A DNA stretch of 63,873 nucleotides, the filler included, from Octopus bimaculoides (taxonomy: Eukaryota): NCBI RefSeq assembly GCF_001194135.2. It is 5 parts of 5 records of this genome, joined end to end, with 100 filler letters (N's around TTAATTAATTAA, not from the genome) between each part and the next. Parts side by side here need not be neighbours in the genome. Positions count along the whole stretch, not along the records: positions 22,839 to 31,677 come from NC_068993.1; positions 31,778 to 53,922 come from NC_069003.1; 3 more parts are not named here. One strand, 5' to 3'. How positions within the stretch are numbered: position 1 is the first letter of the stretch; the number at the start of each line of letters is the position of its first letter. The notes under the pieces were generated by a model. It was not told where the DNA came from, did not search any database, and was given only the letters and a program-made list of their open reading frames with translations. This document shows, one piece after another, positions 23,676 through 36,891 of the stretch. The translations under genes were made by a program, and so were the position numbers.

Positions 23676-25279
23676 TAGCACCTTTTCAATAGAAATATTT
23701 TCCGTCATTCTCTTTGAATATTTTTTCACTGGTTTCATTTATTGGATCGTTCTCAAACTGGAACACTGTTTGATAGATTACAATCGGTTATATCGATCCT
23801 TATACTTATTTTAGGAGGTATTTTGACATAATCGTTAAAGCGTTGAATAAATTGCCTTGCAGCGTTTGTTACAACGTTTGTTACAACGGTGTTCTGGATT
23901 CAAATCCAGCCAAGGTCAAATTTGCCTTATATCCTCTCGGGATCCTATATTAGGGTCGATTCTTTTCTCCCATCCACATTTTCTCTCTCTTTGTCTGTCT
24001 TTCTAAAGAAATCAGCATTGACCAGACGTGGAGCATGATGGTGCCTTGTATAGGTCTAAAAATGCCCAAGACACGCCCTATGTGAAGACGGCACTCCAAC
24101 GACATCATTATGGTGTTGCGAACCGAAGACAAAAATTTATCACGTGGATAATGAAAAGAGAAAAACCATGTGAAATTGGACGCGATTTAAATTGAGAATG
24201 TAACCAAGTATCACAAGGAATTTTGTTCGACGCATCAATGCTTATGGCATCTATTTGCAGGTATATTGTATCTGCATTCAATGATATAGCATCTAATTTT
24301 CCAGAAAGAAGTCAACTGTAAGCTTTAAACAGAACGCTAAATGTATCTGGAGCAGAGAAATATTTCAACTATTTCCTTTAACTTCATTATAATTTGTTTA
24401 GTTTGCTCTTAATTTGCATTGTTTAATTGTTGTTTAATTATTTGTTTTGCGTCTCTTAATCTTTGTCGTGTTTACTTTGCGTTGTTTAATTTTTATGACT
24501 GATTTTTCTGTTTGTTTTTTTTTTCGTTTTTTTAAAATTCTGTTACCAAAATGAAACGTGCCATTTTAAATACTTCGGTTCTGCTTAATTAATCCTGCGA
24601 AACAGTCGAAAGGAAACTGAACTGAAATTGTGAGGTGAAGTGAAAGAGATATTTAAAGTGTTTCGCGTGGAATGTGACGCAGTTTCACGCTAAACAACAA
24701 ACAATACTCTATCATAATAACCAATATTAAGGAAAGAATTATTTTCTTTTACACTCTAGTGGCGCAATAAATATAATCCTATGTAATCAGATGTATTTGT
24801 CGATGGGTTTATCTCCTCTGCTGTATTTTGAGCATAAGGAAAGTATTTTCAAACTTTTCTATTTATTGCTTTTTCACATTATCAACAAAAGGTGCGTACA
24901 AAAAATAATGAGTACTTCGCTCAGTATGAGAAACCGAAGATCAAAATCAGATTTAACATAAGAATTGCAAGTAAGTCGGCAATTATTTTACCCAACTGAA
25001 AACATGAAATTTATATACATACGTATGAATTTATTTATATTTAATTATCTATATATAATTAATAAATTCTTTCCGTTATAGTATAGATCTACGTACATAC
25101 AATACAAACATACATACAAACATGCATACACACAAACATACGAACAACATACATACGTGCATACATACATCCGTACATACATACATATATAATATATATG
25201 TATGTATATATATACATATATATTATATATGCATGAATATATATACATACACACACACACACATATATAGGTATATGTA

Positions 25280-25338
<59 letters not shown>

Positions 25339-25845
25339 GTATGTACGTTCGTATGTATGTAAATTTGTATGCTGGTATGTATGTAGATCTATACTATAAC
25401 GGAAAAAATTGTTTATTAATTCACCGGAATTATGTAATGCAACTTTTACTAAACAAGACAATTATTAAATACTCTATAATCTAAAGTCTTCTTTTAAAAT
25501 TCCAATTTTTATTTCAGCTTTTATCATAATAAGGTTTTGAAATTTATTTTCAACTAAACGATTAATTTTCATTCGTTGCCGACGTTTTTCTAAAATCATA
25601 AGCTGAGAGACAGCATTTTCTAACCTCTTATTGCCTTTCGTCTCTCTTTCCTTCTCTTCTTTGTGTATTTCCGATATATAATTTCTTTTGCTGAAACCTC
25701 TACTGTTTGTGTACTGTTTGTGTGATTATTGTTCGTATGAGGAACGGGAATAGAAATGTCATTTCCATCTCCGTACATCAGTGAATGTGTATTTATATAT
25801 GTGTTAAGCTATTAATACATATTACAATTAATATTGCAGTGCAAC

Positions 25846-26058
25846 AAGGCGGCGAGCTGGCAGAATAGGTAGCACGCCGGATGAAATACTTAGCAGTATT
25901 TTGTCATCTTCAAATTCTGAGTTCAAATTCCGCTGATGTTGATAATGCTTTTTCATCCTTTCGGGTTCGGTAAAATGAGTACCAGTTGACTACCGAAGTC
26001 GTCAGAATCGACTCACGCTCGACCTGAAATAGCACGCGTTGTTCCAAAATTTAAAACC
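25846..26058 (+). mobile_element. SINE family B
   Basis: AAGGCGGCGAGCTGGCAGAAT head, GAGTTCAAATTCC B box and cctttcgggttcggtaaaatgagtaccag core. Confidence 0.85.
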
Positions 26059-26498
26059 TGTATTTCAGGACAAAAATGTATTACGACAGAACAGGAATCG
26101 GGTAGAAATAACAGTGAGCTTTTCAAAGTGAATATTTTTCCAGTACATTGCTTTACATTTTCATGATGCCTTGAAAAAAAAGACTCTTAAGCGTGACTCA
26201 TTCTGATTGTGCAATTTTATTTTAATAACGTTTTATTTTAAAAACGTTTTAAAGAAAACAAGCGATCGAAATACATATTATAAAACACGAATTTTCTTCA
26301 CATACGTTTTAAATGTAAACGAAATATATTCATATATAAAATATATATTATATTCATACACAATTATTATACAGAAACTATATTCACGTACGCTTTAAAT
26401 ACATATATTTCAGTTTTAACCAACTCAGTGTGCGACCAGAATTCTTCTTTTTTTTATGTTTAATATACGTGTACCTAATGCATAAACACACTCAGAAA

Positions 26499-26720
26499 AT
26501 GCACTTTATCTTCCACAAATACGGCGAAAATTTAGGAAAGGATTTGTGGCGAAAATCTGAACTTGATTTCAAATTGCGCCAACGTGTACTAGAGCCTCCT
26601 TAATCTGAACACCTTTCCAAGTTATCGGAAAGTCAGATGAATGGCCAATGGAGGTAATCTAAAATCGCTATCTCGGCATAGCTGGAAGAAGACAAACATC
26701 GGTGGTGAATTTGTTGATGT
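26499..26720 (+). mobile_element. possible Penelope-like ORF N-terminal relic
   Basis: MHFIFHKYGENLGKDLWRKSELDFKLRQRVLE...LEED loosely resembles the YG..RK.E.LDFKL.K N-terminus I recall from Penelope ORFs; heavily decayed. Confidence 0.3.
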
Positions 26721-27389
26721 GGCTGATTTGTATGCTATAGACCTCAAATTATAACAACGTGATCCCTGCAATTTCTAGAATAATAAATGACCACATAAAG
26801 GATAGCCCACCCTTAAGTTTGCTTAAATGAGAGAGAAATTAAAACTGCGACAAAAGAATGAAAGAAATATTTACTGAGCGAGCGAGTTTTATTAGACGAA
26901 TGAAGGATACAAAGGAAAATTACATACAACATCAGAAGAATTTCAAATTGGGAATAAAATCTATAAATATTTAGGGATTGCCTTTGGGTTTGTGTTTGTC
27001 CCCTACCGCCGCTTGACAACTGGTGTTGGTTTTAATCCTCCTCCTAAATTAGTAGTACGGCAAAAAGTACTCCCTCGTATTATATAGTACATATTATATT
27101 TTACATAGCATATATCATATTTTATGTAATATGTATTATATTATATATTGCATATATCATATTTTATATAGTATATGTATTTTATAAGGTATATATCATA
27201 TATTATATAGTATATATTACAAATGATATATCAAGTTCTGTAGTACCACAAGCAATTGAACATGTAGAATGATTCATCGCAACATATTTGATGTTCATGT
27301 GATTTATGATAAAATTTTCTGGTGAAAATTTCCCGCAGATTTTAGAAAATACATGTGCTGAACACATGTTGCTATAAAATACAATGTGT

Positions 27390-27635
27390 GTTGGGTTTAA
27401 CAATAACGGCAACAGCAGCAATAACAGAAGCAAGATGGAGGCAGCAGTCATAGTTGTGGTGGTAGCGGCGATGGTGGTGCTGGTATTGTTGTTGTTGTTG
27501 TTGTTGTTGTTGTTTGTGTTGTTGTTGTTGTTGTTGTTGGTGGTGGTGNNNNNNNNNNNNNNNNNNNNNNNNNNNNNNNNNNNNNNNNNNNNNNNNNNNN
27601 NNNNNNNNNNNNNNNNNNNNNNNNNNNNNNNNNTG

Positions 27636-27667
<32 letters not shown>

Positions 27668-28010
27668 GGTGGTGGTGGTGGTGGTGGTGAAGGTGGTGAT
27701 GATGGTGGTGGTAATGGAGGAGGTGGTAGTAGTAGTAGTAGTAATGATGATGGTGGTGGTGGTAGTGGTGGTAGTGGTGGTGGTGGGTGTAGTGGTGATG
27801 GCAGAAGCAGTGTTAGTAGTAGCGGTTGTAATGGTACTTGTCATAGTAGTAATAGTAGTAGTAGCAACAGTTGTAGTGGCGGTGGCGGTTGCGGTGAAAG
27901 TTGTGGATGTGGTACTCATGGTAGTGCTGGTGGTGGATGTAGTTATAGTAGTGGGGGGTTGAGGTGGTGGTAGTAGTAGTAGTAGTAGCAGTAGTAGCAG
28001 TAGTAGCAGC

Positions 28011-28048
<38 letters not shown>

Positions 28049-28100
28049 CGGTGGTGGTGGTGGTGGTGGTACGGTGGTAGTAGTAGTAGTAGTAGTAGTA
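27390..28100. repeat. compound (GTT)/(GGT)/(AGT)/(GAT) triplet mosaic
   Basis: Seen directly; explains the Thr-rich and Val-rich ORFs. Confidence 0.9.
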
Positions 28101-28326
28101 AAACACCGGTTTTGCTAGGACGCTGTGACATGAACGATTCGGTAAAATGTTGACATTTGCATTCAATTGTCAGATTGCATTTTTACCAGATGAGAAACGA
28201 TTCATACAGGAGCAACAAACACATCTNNNNNNNNNNNNNNNNNNNNNNNNNNNNNNNNNNNNNNNNNNNNNNNNNNNNNNNNNNNNNNNNNNNNNNNNNN
28301 NNNNNNNNNNNNNNNNNNNNNNNNNN

Positions 28327-28376
<50 letters not shown>

Positions 28377-28420
28377 CACGTGCTTGTGTGTATGTTTGTG
28401 CTCGAGTGGTGTGTGTGTAT

Positions 28421-28710
28421 AGGCACTTGGCTTTGTGGGTAGGGCGTTGTACTCAGGATCACAAGACCATGGTTTCCATTCCCACACCGACAGTGCATCG
28501 TGTTCCTGAGCTCAGGAAAACACTTCACGTTGCTCACGTCCACACAGGTGTAAATGGGTAACACAACGACTTACAGGCCTTCCGTTCAGCGGAGTGGTCT
28601 TAGCCTATGCGTTTAACCATCGGTGTGGCATCATTCGTAAGCCATAGCAATGCGATGAAGCGCATTGTGAGCAGCGGGATATAACAACATCCGATATTCT
28701 GGCTCATATA
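28421..28710 (+). mobile_element. SINE with a family C head and a distinct 3' tail
   Basis: AGGCACTTGGCTTTGTGGGTAGGG head and cacttcacgttgctcacgtccacacaggtgtaaatgggta core. The tail agcgcattgtgagcagcggg..aacaacatc is also found at 34380-34420. Confidence 0.65.
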
Positions 28711-28779
28711 ATGATACAGTGTATATGTGTGTGTGTTCGCGCGCGCGCGTGGATGATGGCGTGGGTGCTGGGAAATGGT

Positions 28780-29800
28780 CAATGCTAGTCTGTGGTGGTT
28801 TGTGGTGTGGTGTGGTAGGGTGGGGTAGGATGTGGCAACATGTGGTGTGGTGATGGGTGGTGTGTGATGTGGTGGTGTGTGGTGTGGTGGTGTGTAGTAT
28901 GGCATGGTGGTGTGTGGTGGTGTGGTGGTGTCGCGGATTGGGGGAGGCGAGTGTGGGGGAGGCGAGTGTGGGGGAAGCAAGAGCGGTGGTGGGTCATGTG
29001 GTAGTGGGGTGTGAGGGTAGGGGTGGGGGTGGTATGTAGGAGTAGAATTCGTGGGATGGGGAGGATAGGATGTATAGGGATATGGGGTTGGAATGTGTAG
29101 GGGTGGGGTAACGATGGCGGGTTGACGATGAAGGGAGAGGGTGGAAGGGAAAATATGGGTAGGAGGGAAGAGATGAAGTAGTTGTCAGAGTAAGAGAGGA
29201 GAGGAGAGGTGGAAGAGAAGGGAGGAAGTAGGTGTGAAAAGAAGAAAAGAGAGAGGAGGAGGAGGGTTAGATGAAGAAACGGGAGAGTTGAGCCCACTTG
29301 GAGCAAAGGACCAAAGAGAAGATTAATTCCTGTTCACGGCGAAGACGAGAGTCCAGATGGACCCTGTGCGAGTACAATCCGAACACAGACAGGTGTTGTG
29401 AAGAATGACCGGTAGAATGGAAATGGCGCGAGACCGGGGTGTCATTGCCGAGTCTGATGTCTCAGAGGTGTTCCGCGAACCGTTCAGCCAAGCGGCGTCT
29501 CGTTTGACCGATGTACAAAGAAGGACAGAGAGAGCAGGAGATGCAGCAGATGACGTTGCTAGAAGTGCAGGTGAAGGAATCAGTGATATGATAGGGTTGA
29601 TGATGGGTGCCTGTGAGGAGGGTGGTGTTGGAGAGGTAAGGGCAAGTGCGGCAGCTTGTACGGGAGTAGGGGAACGAACCGGGTAGGGAGTTTGGGTTAG
29701 GGGAAAAACTGTGGACCAAGAGGTCTCGTAAGTTTTAGGCTCGTTTGAAGGAGGAGAGGGGTCGGTTAGGGAAGATGTGGAAGGCTCGGAGAATGGTGAT
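28780..29800 (-). mobile_element. Penelope-like element 3' relic: GIY-YIG endonuclease plus pyrimidine-rich 3' region
   Basis: Minus frame (29800-29270): IFPNRPLSSFKRA*NLRDLLVHS...SCRTCPYL...FTCTSSNVICCISCSLCPSLYIGQTRRRLAERFAEHL*DIRLGNDTPVSRHFHSTGHS...EQELIFSL/(G)SFAPSGLN. Confidence 0.9.
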
Positions 29801-29948
29801 GTGTATATATTTATATATATGTGTGTGTGTGTGCGTGTGTTCGTGTGTGTGTATGTATATATATATATAGAGAGAGAGATATAGATATAGATATATATAT
29901 ACATGCATGTATGTACGTTTGTATGTATGTACGTATGTGTGTACAGTA

Positions 29949-30630
29949 CGAGGAGGTACCCCACACCCCCCGGAATTTTGCAGTAATATTTCATTCACTT
30001 AGTTTTACAGTATTCTCCATTTGAAGCAATACAATTGATTCAGACGTGTTTTAAACTGTTCGAAGCAGTGCTGGAACTCTTGCGATGTGATGCCTTTTAA
30101 CGCCTCAGTACTTTTTTTCTTCACATCTGCAAATTCCGTAGCACCAGCTTTCACCACCAGTGATGATCTTCGAAGAAAAGGTCGGATCAACTTCGAACTG
30201 TTCTTTAAGTTCACGACACGCATTCAGTCGTGACTGCTTTTGATCTTCCGTGAGCAAGCGAGGCATAAATTTTGCTGCGACTCTTTTCATTCACGATTAT
30301 TCTCTCAAAACTTGTTGGCAAGAGCTCCAGGACGCACCAGTCATATAAACAAGTTTATCAATTGTTCGGTGACGGTCTTCCAAAATCAGTTAACGAATTT
30401 TCATGATATTTTTCATTCGTTCGGGATGTCGACGGTCGCCCTGAACGAGATTGGTCCTTCAGCGACAAGTGACCATTCTTAAAGCGTTAAAGTCAATCGT
30501 AAACTTGTGTTTTACTCTTGGCAGCGTTTTTGTAAGCTGTTTGAAGCTGTTTCAGTCGCCGCTTTCCGCAGCAGAAAACAATTTCACAGAAGTACGCTGT
30601 TTCCTCATTTCAACCATCACAAAAATTGAA
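29949..30630 (-). mobile_element. internally deleted mariner (irritans-like), same family as 4019-4394
   Basis: 3' TIR CGAGGAGGTACCCC after TA at 29947-48. Decayed MVEMRKQR...SKTQVYD...RSGRPSTSRT...MKRVAAKFMPRLLTEDQKQSRL...IITGGESWCYG is joined at ~30135 directly to FADVKKKSTEALKGITSQEFQHCFEQ. Confidence 0.92.
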
Positions 30631-30810
30631 CACACAACACACGCGCGCGCGCGCGTATATATTTTCTAGATATATATATATATATATAAATTTGTACAAG
30701 GAACCTGTTCACGGTGATTTCAAAGCTTCAGTTCACTACCCGTCAACAAATGGTCTGATGACAGCTAGTGAGCCGAATCTTGAAAGCCGTTGCCTATTTT
30801 TTGTTGTAAC

Positions 30811-30847
<37 letters not shown>

Positions 30848-31123
30848 AACACACAAACACACGCATACAAACACACGCACACAAACACACACATACATAC
30901 ACATCCATACACCCAGAACCACGTTAATAGCTTAGGAGTTAAATTTAGGATTTCTCGGTTTTCTGGGAATCGATTTTGATAAAACTTTTCCCAGCTGGTT
31001 TGGATACTATGGCAACACCATTGTTATGTTTTCATTATTCTATGTAACGTCCTTTCTTTTTTATTGCAGATTCTTCAGTTTTTGAGTAAACCACGCTAAT
31101 ACCGTTTTTCCTCTCTAAGAACA

Positions 31124-31640
31124 ATGGGACGTGGATTACGTCTTAACGATGAAGAAAATTCTGACATCATCAAGGAAAGCGCTAAAGGCACCTCTCTTCG
31201 TGTTATTGCGGAGAAGTTAGGTCGTCAGGCAGACGCGGTTAGACGATTCCTGAAGGACACTTCGCCAAGGAAGAAACGATCCGATTGTGGGAACTCCAAG
31301 ACTGTAACAACTAATGATTTAAGGAATATTGGCTGCAAGTTACGTAGGAAAACTGGACAACAAGTAAAGCCATTTTCACCGCCTTCGGACTTCCTCCTGT
31401 ACAGAAAACCACCAGTAATTGCATGCTCAGGACCATGGCTTCCGTGTGAGAATCTCTGAAACTGCCTCCTTTAATGCCCCGTCACAGGAGTTGGAAGCTT
31501 CAATGGGCCCAAAAGTACATGACGTTAGACATAAGTTGTGGTTTGTTCACTGACGATCTTTGACGGACCTGACGGTTGGGCAAATAGTTGGGTCTATTTT
31601 GGAGATGAACGTCACCAACGTTTACGATGTCAACAACGCT
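31124..31640 (+). mobile_element. Tc1/Tc3-like transposase pseudogene, 5' half (motifs resemble DD37E/TRT type)
   Basis: MGRGLRLNDEEN...IAEKLGRQADAVRRFL...RKKRSD.G...PPLMPRHR..KLQWAQKYM...LFTD...DGPDGWAN.WV...R.R.QQ; two frameshifts and a stop; ends at (TA)n and an assembly join. Confidence 0.8.
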
Positions 31641-31721
31641 TTTAGCATGGAGTATATATATATATATATATATATATNNNNNNNNNNNNNNNNNNNNNNN
31701 NNNNNNNNNNNNNNNNNNNNN

Positions 31722-31733
31722 TTAATTAATTAA
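31722..31733. other. assembly spacer TTAATTAATTAA in a 100-bp join
   Basis: 44 N on each side. Confidence 0.95.
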
Positions 31734-31799
31734 NNNNNNNNNNNNNNNNNNNNNNNNNNNNNNNNNNNNNNNNNNNNTGGCAGAAGTTGAACTCAGAAT

Positions 31800-31816
31800 A
31801 AATAATAATAATAATG

Positions 31817-31863
<47 letters not shown>

Positions 31864-31970
31864 GAGTATTTATTATAATATAAATTATATAATAATAATG
31901 ATGATGATGATGATAATAATAATAATAACAACAACAACAATAATAAATTATCATATAATAATAAATAATA
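31800..31970. repeat. (AAT)/(GAT)/(CAA) mosaic
   Basis: Seen directly. Confidence 0.9.
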
Positions 31971-32041
31971 AGGCATATCATAATATGCTGTATACGACTA
32001 TAAAATAAATTTTGTAGATGTACAAGTCTCCATACTTTTTA

Positions 32042-32072
<31 letters not shown>

Positions 32073-32859
32073 CAATATTAATATATACTCCAGGCAACCT
32101 TTACAGTCCAGCGTAGGGCACATAGAATTACCATCGGAAGAATTCACAGAGTGACTAACAACTTGTAGACACAGATGTTGTATACTGATCGTTGTGGTTA
32201 GCCATCAACTGAGAGCTAATGTGGTATCCCTCTGGACAATATATCCCTCCAAACTCACTGTTATGTACATGTGTATATATATAAGTTTATATGAATACAT
32301 GTCCATGTGTGTGTGTTTGTATGTATATAATGATATGCATATGCTTGCATATATTTGCATTAGTATGTGTGTGGCTGTGTATATATATATATATATATAT
32401 NNNNNNNNNNNNNNNNNNNNNNNNNNNNNNNNNNNNNNNNNNNNNNNNNNNNNNNNNNNNNNNNNNNNNNNNNNNNNNNNNNNNNNNNNNNNNNNNNNNN
32501 NNNNNNNNNNNNNNNNNNNNNNNNNNNNNNNNNNNNNNNNNNNNNNNNNNNNNNNNNNNNNNNNNNNNNNNNNNNNNNNNNNNNNNNNNNNNNNNNNNNN
32601 NNNNNNNNNNNNNNNNNNNNNNNNNNNNNTATTTTCTAAGCAAAATTTTCTAAGTGATAAATATGTAAAGGCAATTTACTTGATATTTATTTTTCACTGA
32701 CGTTATTACTGTTATTTCTTTATTTTCTGCAAACAAAGTGCACAAAAAAGCTACACGTTTGTATTATGTTATATATACAATAATTATAAAGGACGTTACT
32801 GTATATATACGTTTACAAACCAAGGATGTTATATAGACCTCCTTGACTCAAGTTAGAGA

Positions 32860-32963
32860 AAGGGTTCGTATTATACACAAGGTTTAGGTTTTTCAGAGGT
32901 ACATCCCCCTAAAAATCCCTTGCGTATTATACTCAAGGGCGGACTATACTCAAGGATTTACGG
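32860..32963. mobile_element. pogo/Tigger-type terminal inverted repeat end
   Basis: Reverse complement reads TA|CCGTAAATCCTTGAGTATAGTCCGCCCTTGAGTATAATACGC with subterminal TATACTCAAGG repeats, typical of CCGTA-type pogo TIRs. The partner end was not found. Confidence 0.6.
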
Positions 32964-34119
32964 TATAAATATATATATATATTTATATACACGTGTGTGT
33001 GTTTGCTGCTTTTTATTAAAGGTACCACAATGTCCATTCATGCAACAGTGTGGTAGGGTGGAGAGGGAGAGCAGGGGTGGGGAGTGAATGAGGGGCGTGG
33101 ATGGAGGGGTGGAGAGGGCATGCCCCCCCCTTCCCTGGCAATATTTGACATTTTTTTTTTATAGGAAATGATAACAAAATAAACATAAAAATAACTAAAC
33201 AAGAATATGAATAAACAACAACAATAACAATGCAAAAGTATTTTTGTTGTTTGACAAATAAAGAAGCAATTGAATAATGGTGAGAGGAAAATTCTCATAT
33301 TTCACAGCTCGTTATTTGATTAATGAATAAAATAAGACACTAAACATCAACAACAACAATAACATTTCCAAGTGGTTTAATGAGCTGCAGAGAGTCTATA
33401 TTTAGAAACTTCTGAAGAATGATGATGATGATGATGATGATGATGATGGTAGTGGTGGTGATTATGATGGTGATGATGATGACGACGTTGATAGCACAAC
33501 AACAGTAGTAATAATGTCAGTAAGATCATCACCATCATCAGCATCATTATAGCTGCTGCCACCGCTGCCGCCATGTCCACCATGGGATCATTGCCCCCAC
33601 CACCATCACCACTATCATAGCCACCACCACCATTGGCCACAACAACAACAGTCAGCCACGTGTAGTGTGATATGTAAATTCTTTCAAAGATCAACAACAG
33701 GTTTCCAATGTTCGCACAAGACTACCTTGCTCACGCCATTTCACATGTGACCGAAACAAAATGTTCAGGTGTCCTGGCACCGACCCGACCCCACCCCCAT
33801 CAACACTCTCACCAAAAAAAAAAAGTCGGGGAGGACCAGGAAATACTACATACCTGCTATATTGGTTTTGGCTGTTGTCGTTATAGCTATTTAATCTTCC
33901 ATCACAACCCTGCCAGGTTAATCCTAATGGAGCAGACACACTTATGATGAAAAACCTTTGCAGCTGTAGGGGACATCGTGTCTTTCTCCCAGGTGCAAGG
34001 AGCCAAAAACTGGACTACATTATCCAAGATGGTAAAGGTGTAATTTGAGGGAGATTCGGTTATTATTTCTTGCAGATCAACTTACTCTGCAGACCAGGCA
34101 TGGACAACCTTTTCTGAGT

Positions 34120-34341
34120 GGTGGGCCACATCAGACATGGCTCATCACCAGAAGGGCCACACTACTGAAAAGATTCAAGTAATTTTCTGTTAGGCGTGTC
34201 ATTGAGATCCCCTTGATTGAAGGCTGGAGCAATGTGAAATGAAGTATTTTGCTCAAGAACACACCACACCACCTAATCAGGGAATTGAACCCACGTTCTA
34301 GTGATTGTGAATGCAACAACTTAACCACTAGGCTATGCATC
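34120..34341 (-). mobile_element. SINE with a family C head and another distinct tail
   Basis: Reverse complement GCATAGCCTAGTGGTTAAG...GGGTTCAATTCCC...TTCTTGAGCAAAATACTTCATTTCACATTGCTCCAG, then unrelated sequence. Confidence 0.65.
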
Positions 34342-34859
34342 AGCAGGGTGGCGTCATTTGAAGGCTAAAACAACACAAAAATGCATTGTGATCAGCGATG
34401 TGTAACAACATCTGATAGCCTGGTCAGTCACATGATCACATGATGTGGTCATGTGATGTCACTGGGACAGTCCCACAGGCCACAGGTGGCCCATGGCCGC
34501 TGTAGGTGATCTCACAGCTGCAGACTTATGTTTTTTTTAGTTTTTCTTTTAGTTGGGTGATGGGGGTTCAAAAATCAAGGATAATGAACCCTGACAGGGG
34601 CTTCAAAAGACATGTGGGAGAGAAAGAAGTATCCCCAGGTCAGAGACTTGTCCTGAATGTTTGCATCACAGGAGGGTCAGCTAAATGTACTGAAGGTGCC
34701 TAGTGTTGGTTTTCAAACTGGTTGACAGACTGAAACAGTCATGGGCAAACTGTGGCCCACAGAACTTTCTGAATGGCAAACCCAAAGAAAAATTGCCTTG
34801 AATTTATTTTACTAGTGTGGTCTGCCTCATGGTTAACCATGGTTCATGCAGCCAATAAA

Positions 34860-35157
<298 letters not shown>

Positions 35158-35359
35158 TGGTTTAATTTTTTTAAAGTTATGTTTAATTTTTGTTTAATTT
35201 TTTTTTAATCCCATAGAATTCTTTTAAATGTTACTGAGTCTCTTTTCATTTATTGATCCCATTTAAATTTCTAAATCCACTGAGGCCCTTTTAAGTTTCA
35301 ACCCTCTTAAAACTGTTTGGACCCTAATTTTAATGGGGCCATTTTTATTATTATGTTTT

Positions 35360-35607
35360 GAGTAAGAAAAACTGTACATACCCCCAAAACCTGTCATCCT
35401 AGGGGCCCCACTGAAGACTATCTTAGCAGCATTATAGGCCCCAAGGCAAATCAATAGAGTGGGCCCTATAGTATTTCTTTTTAATATCAGCCTATTGCAT
35501 ACATAGATCAGAACTGGGCCCCTTAATCTGCAAGGTCCCCAGGTAACTTCCCAGTGTGCCTATGCTTAAAGATGGTACTGGCCCCACTAGGCCTAAATCT
35601 GGCCTTG
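35360..35607. mobile_element. non-autonomous DNA transposon termini (GGGCCCC-rich, hAT-like)
   Basis: Reverse-complement ends CAGTACCATCTTTAAGCATAGGCACACTGGG and CAAGGCCAGATTTAGGCC, plus repeated GGGCCCC motifs. The partner termini are unclear. Confidence 0.35.
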
Positions 35608-36211
35608 GGTACTTGTGTTACATGTCAACCAGGCAAAGGTGACATACATCCCCTGAGGAAGCATGTGCCCACCTTCTATTAGGGACACAAGGCACTATAG
35701 AGTAGGGATCTGTTGCACCCGTAGTCTATGTAGATTGGTTAGAAGTTGGTGGGGGTATTTCTGTGAGAGGTCAACTGGGTAGAAGTAGGTTGCACATGTT
35801 AGGGGTCAATTTAGTGTCAGTAGGGTACTCTTGTTTATAGGTCAGTTGAGTAGATGCTTAGTACTTGAATAAGTATGATCTTGAGAGAGAATATTAAAAA
35901 GGCTTCTGTTTGATGTCAATAGGGGAAATTTGGACACACATACATACACTTGCACTCTCATGCTCATACAAACTCACATATACATATATACACATGTCCA
36001 CACACACACACACACTCACACGTGTATGTGAGTATGTGCATACATGCACTGAGATACAGGTCAAGAGTAGATAAAGAAAAGAGACAGGACGACAGAAAAT
36101 AGACAAATGCAGATACATATATATATAGACATACATGCACACACATATATACTAATATACAGGCATACATTCATACAAATATATGTACATACATGTGAAT
36201 GCATGTATAGT

Positions 36212-36249
<38 letters not shown>

Positions 36250-36384
36250 TACATATACACACACGTGTATATACAACACGCACATATACATACATACAAA
36301 GACACACAAGTATGCATACATACATTACATACAGACTGATAGATATACATATTTGTATGTACATGTATTTGCATATATATATAT

Positions 36385-36434
<50 letters not shown>

Positions 36435-36891
36435 TATGCATGCATACATACATATAGACAGCCAACAATTAACTAATTGTCTTTTAATTAATTAGCATTC
36501 AATTATTTATATAAACAACTAGATCAATTTAGTATCTCCTTTTACACACATACACACACGTAGGATCTACATACATACCTGTATGCTTGCATATGCACCT
36601 ATTTGCGTACACATGAACAAGAGCTGCAAATCCTCGTTGCCACTGTTCTATCGCACGTTTGGATGACCTCTACTCAACTACTCCGACGTCTAGACTTCTC
36701 CCTCTATATCTATGTATTGGGCTAGTCTACTTCATCGTCTGGGGGCGTTGACACAACATAAACATACCAACACTTGTAAAGCGGTGATGGAGGGACAAAC
36801 ACAGACACAAGGACACACACACACACACATGGATATATGCATATATATATAGGAAGTAATATTTATCACCACATCAATAGGGCAGTTACTA

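Noticed and set aside
24012-24060. SIDQ..MMVP resemblance to the piggyBac SIDE.MVP motif
   Set aside because: The similarity does not extend to the following G-H/KP-R-G-K motifs.
33056-33120. G-rich tract as a functional G-quadruplex
   Set aside because: The G-runs could fold, but similar low-complexity G/A tracts are common here and nothing indicates function.
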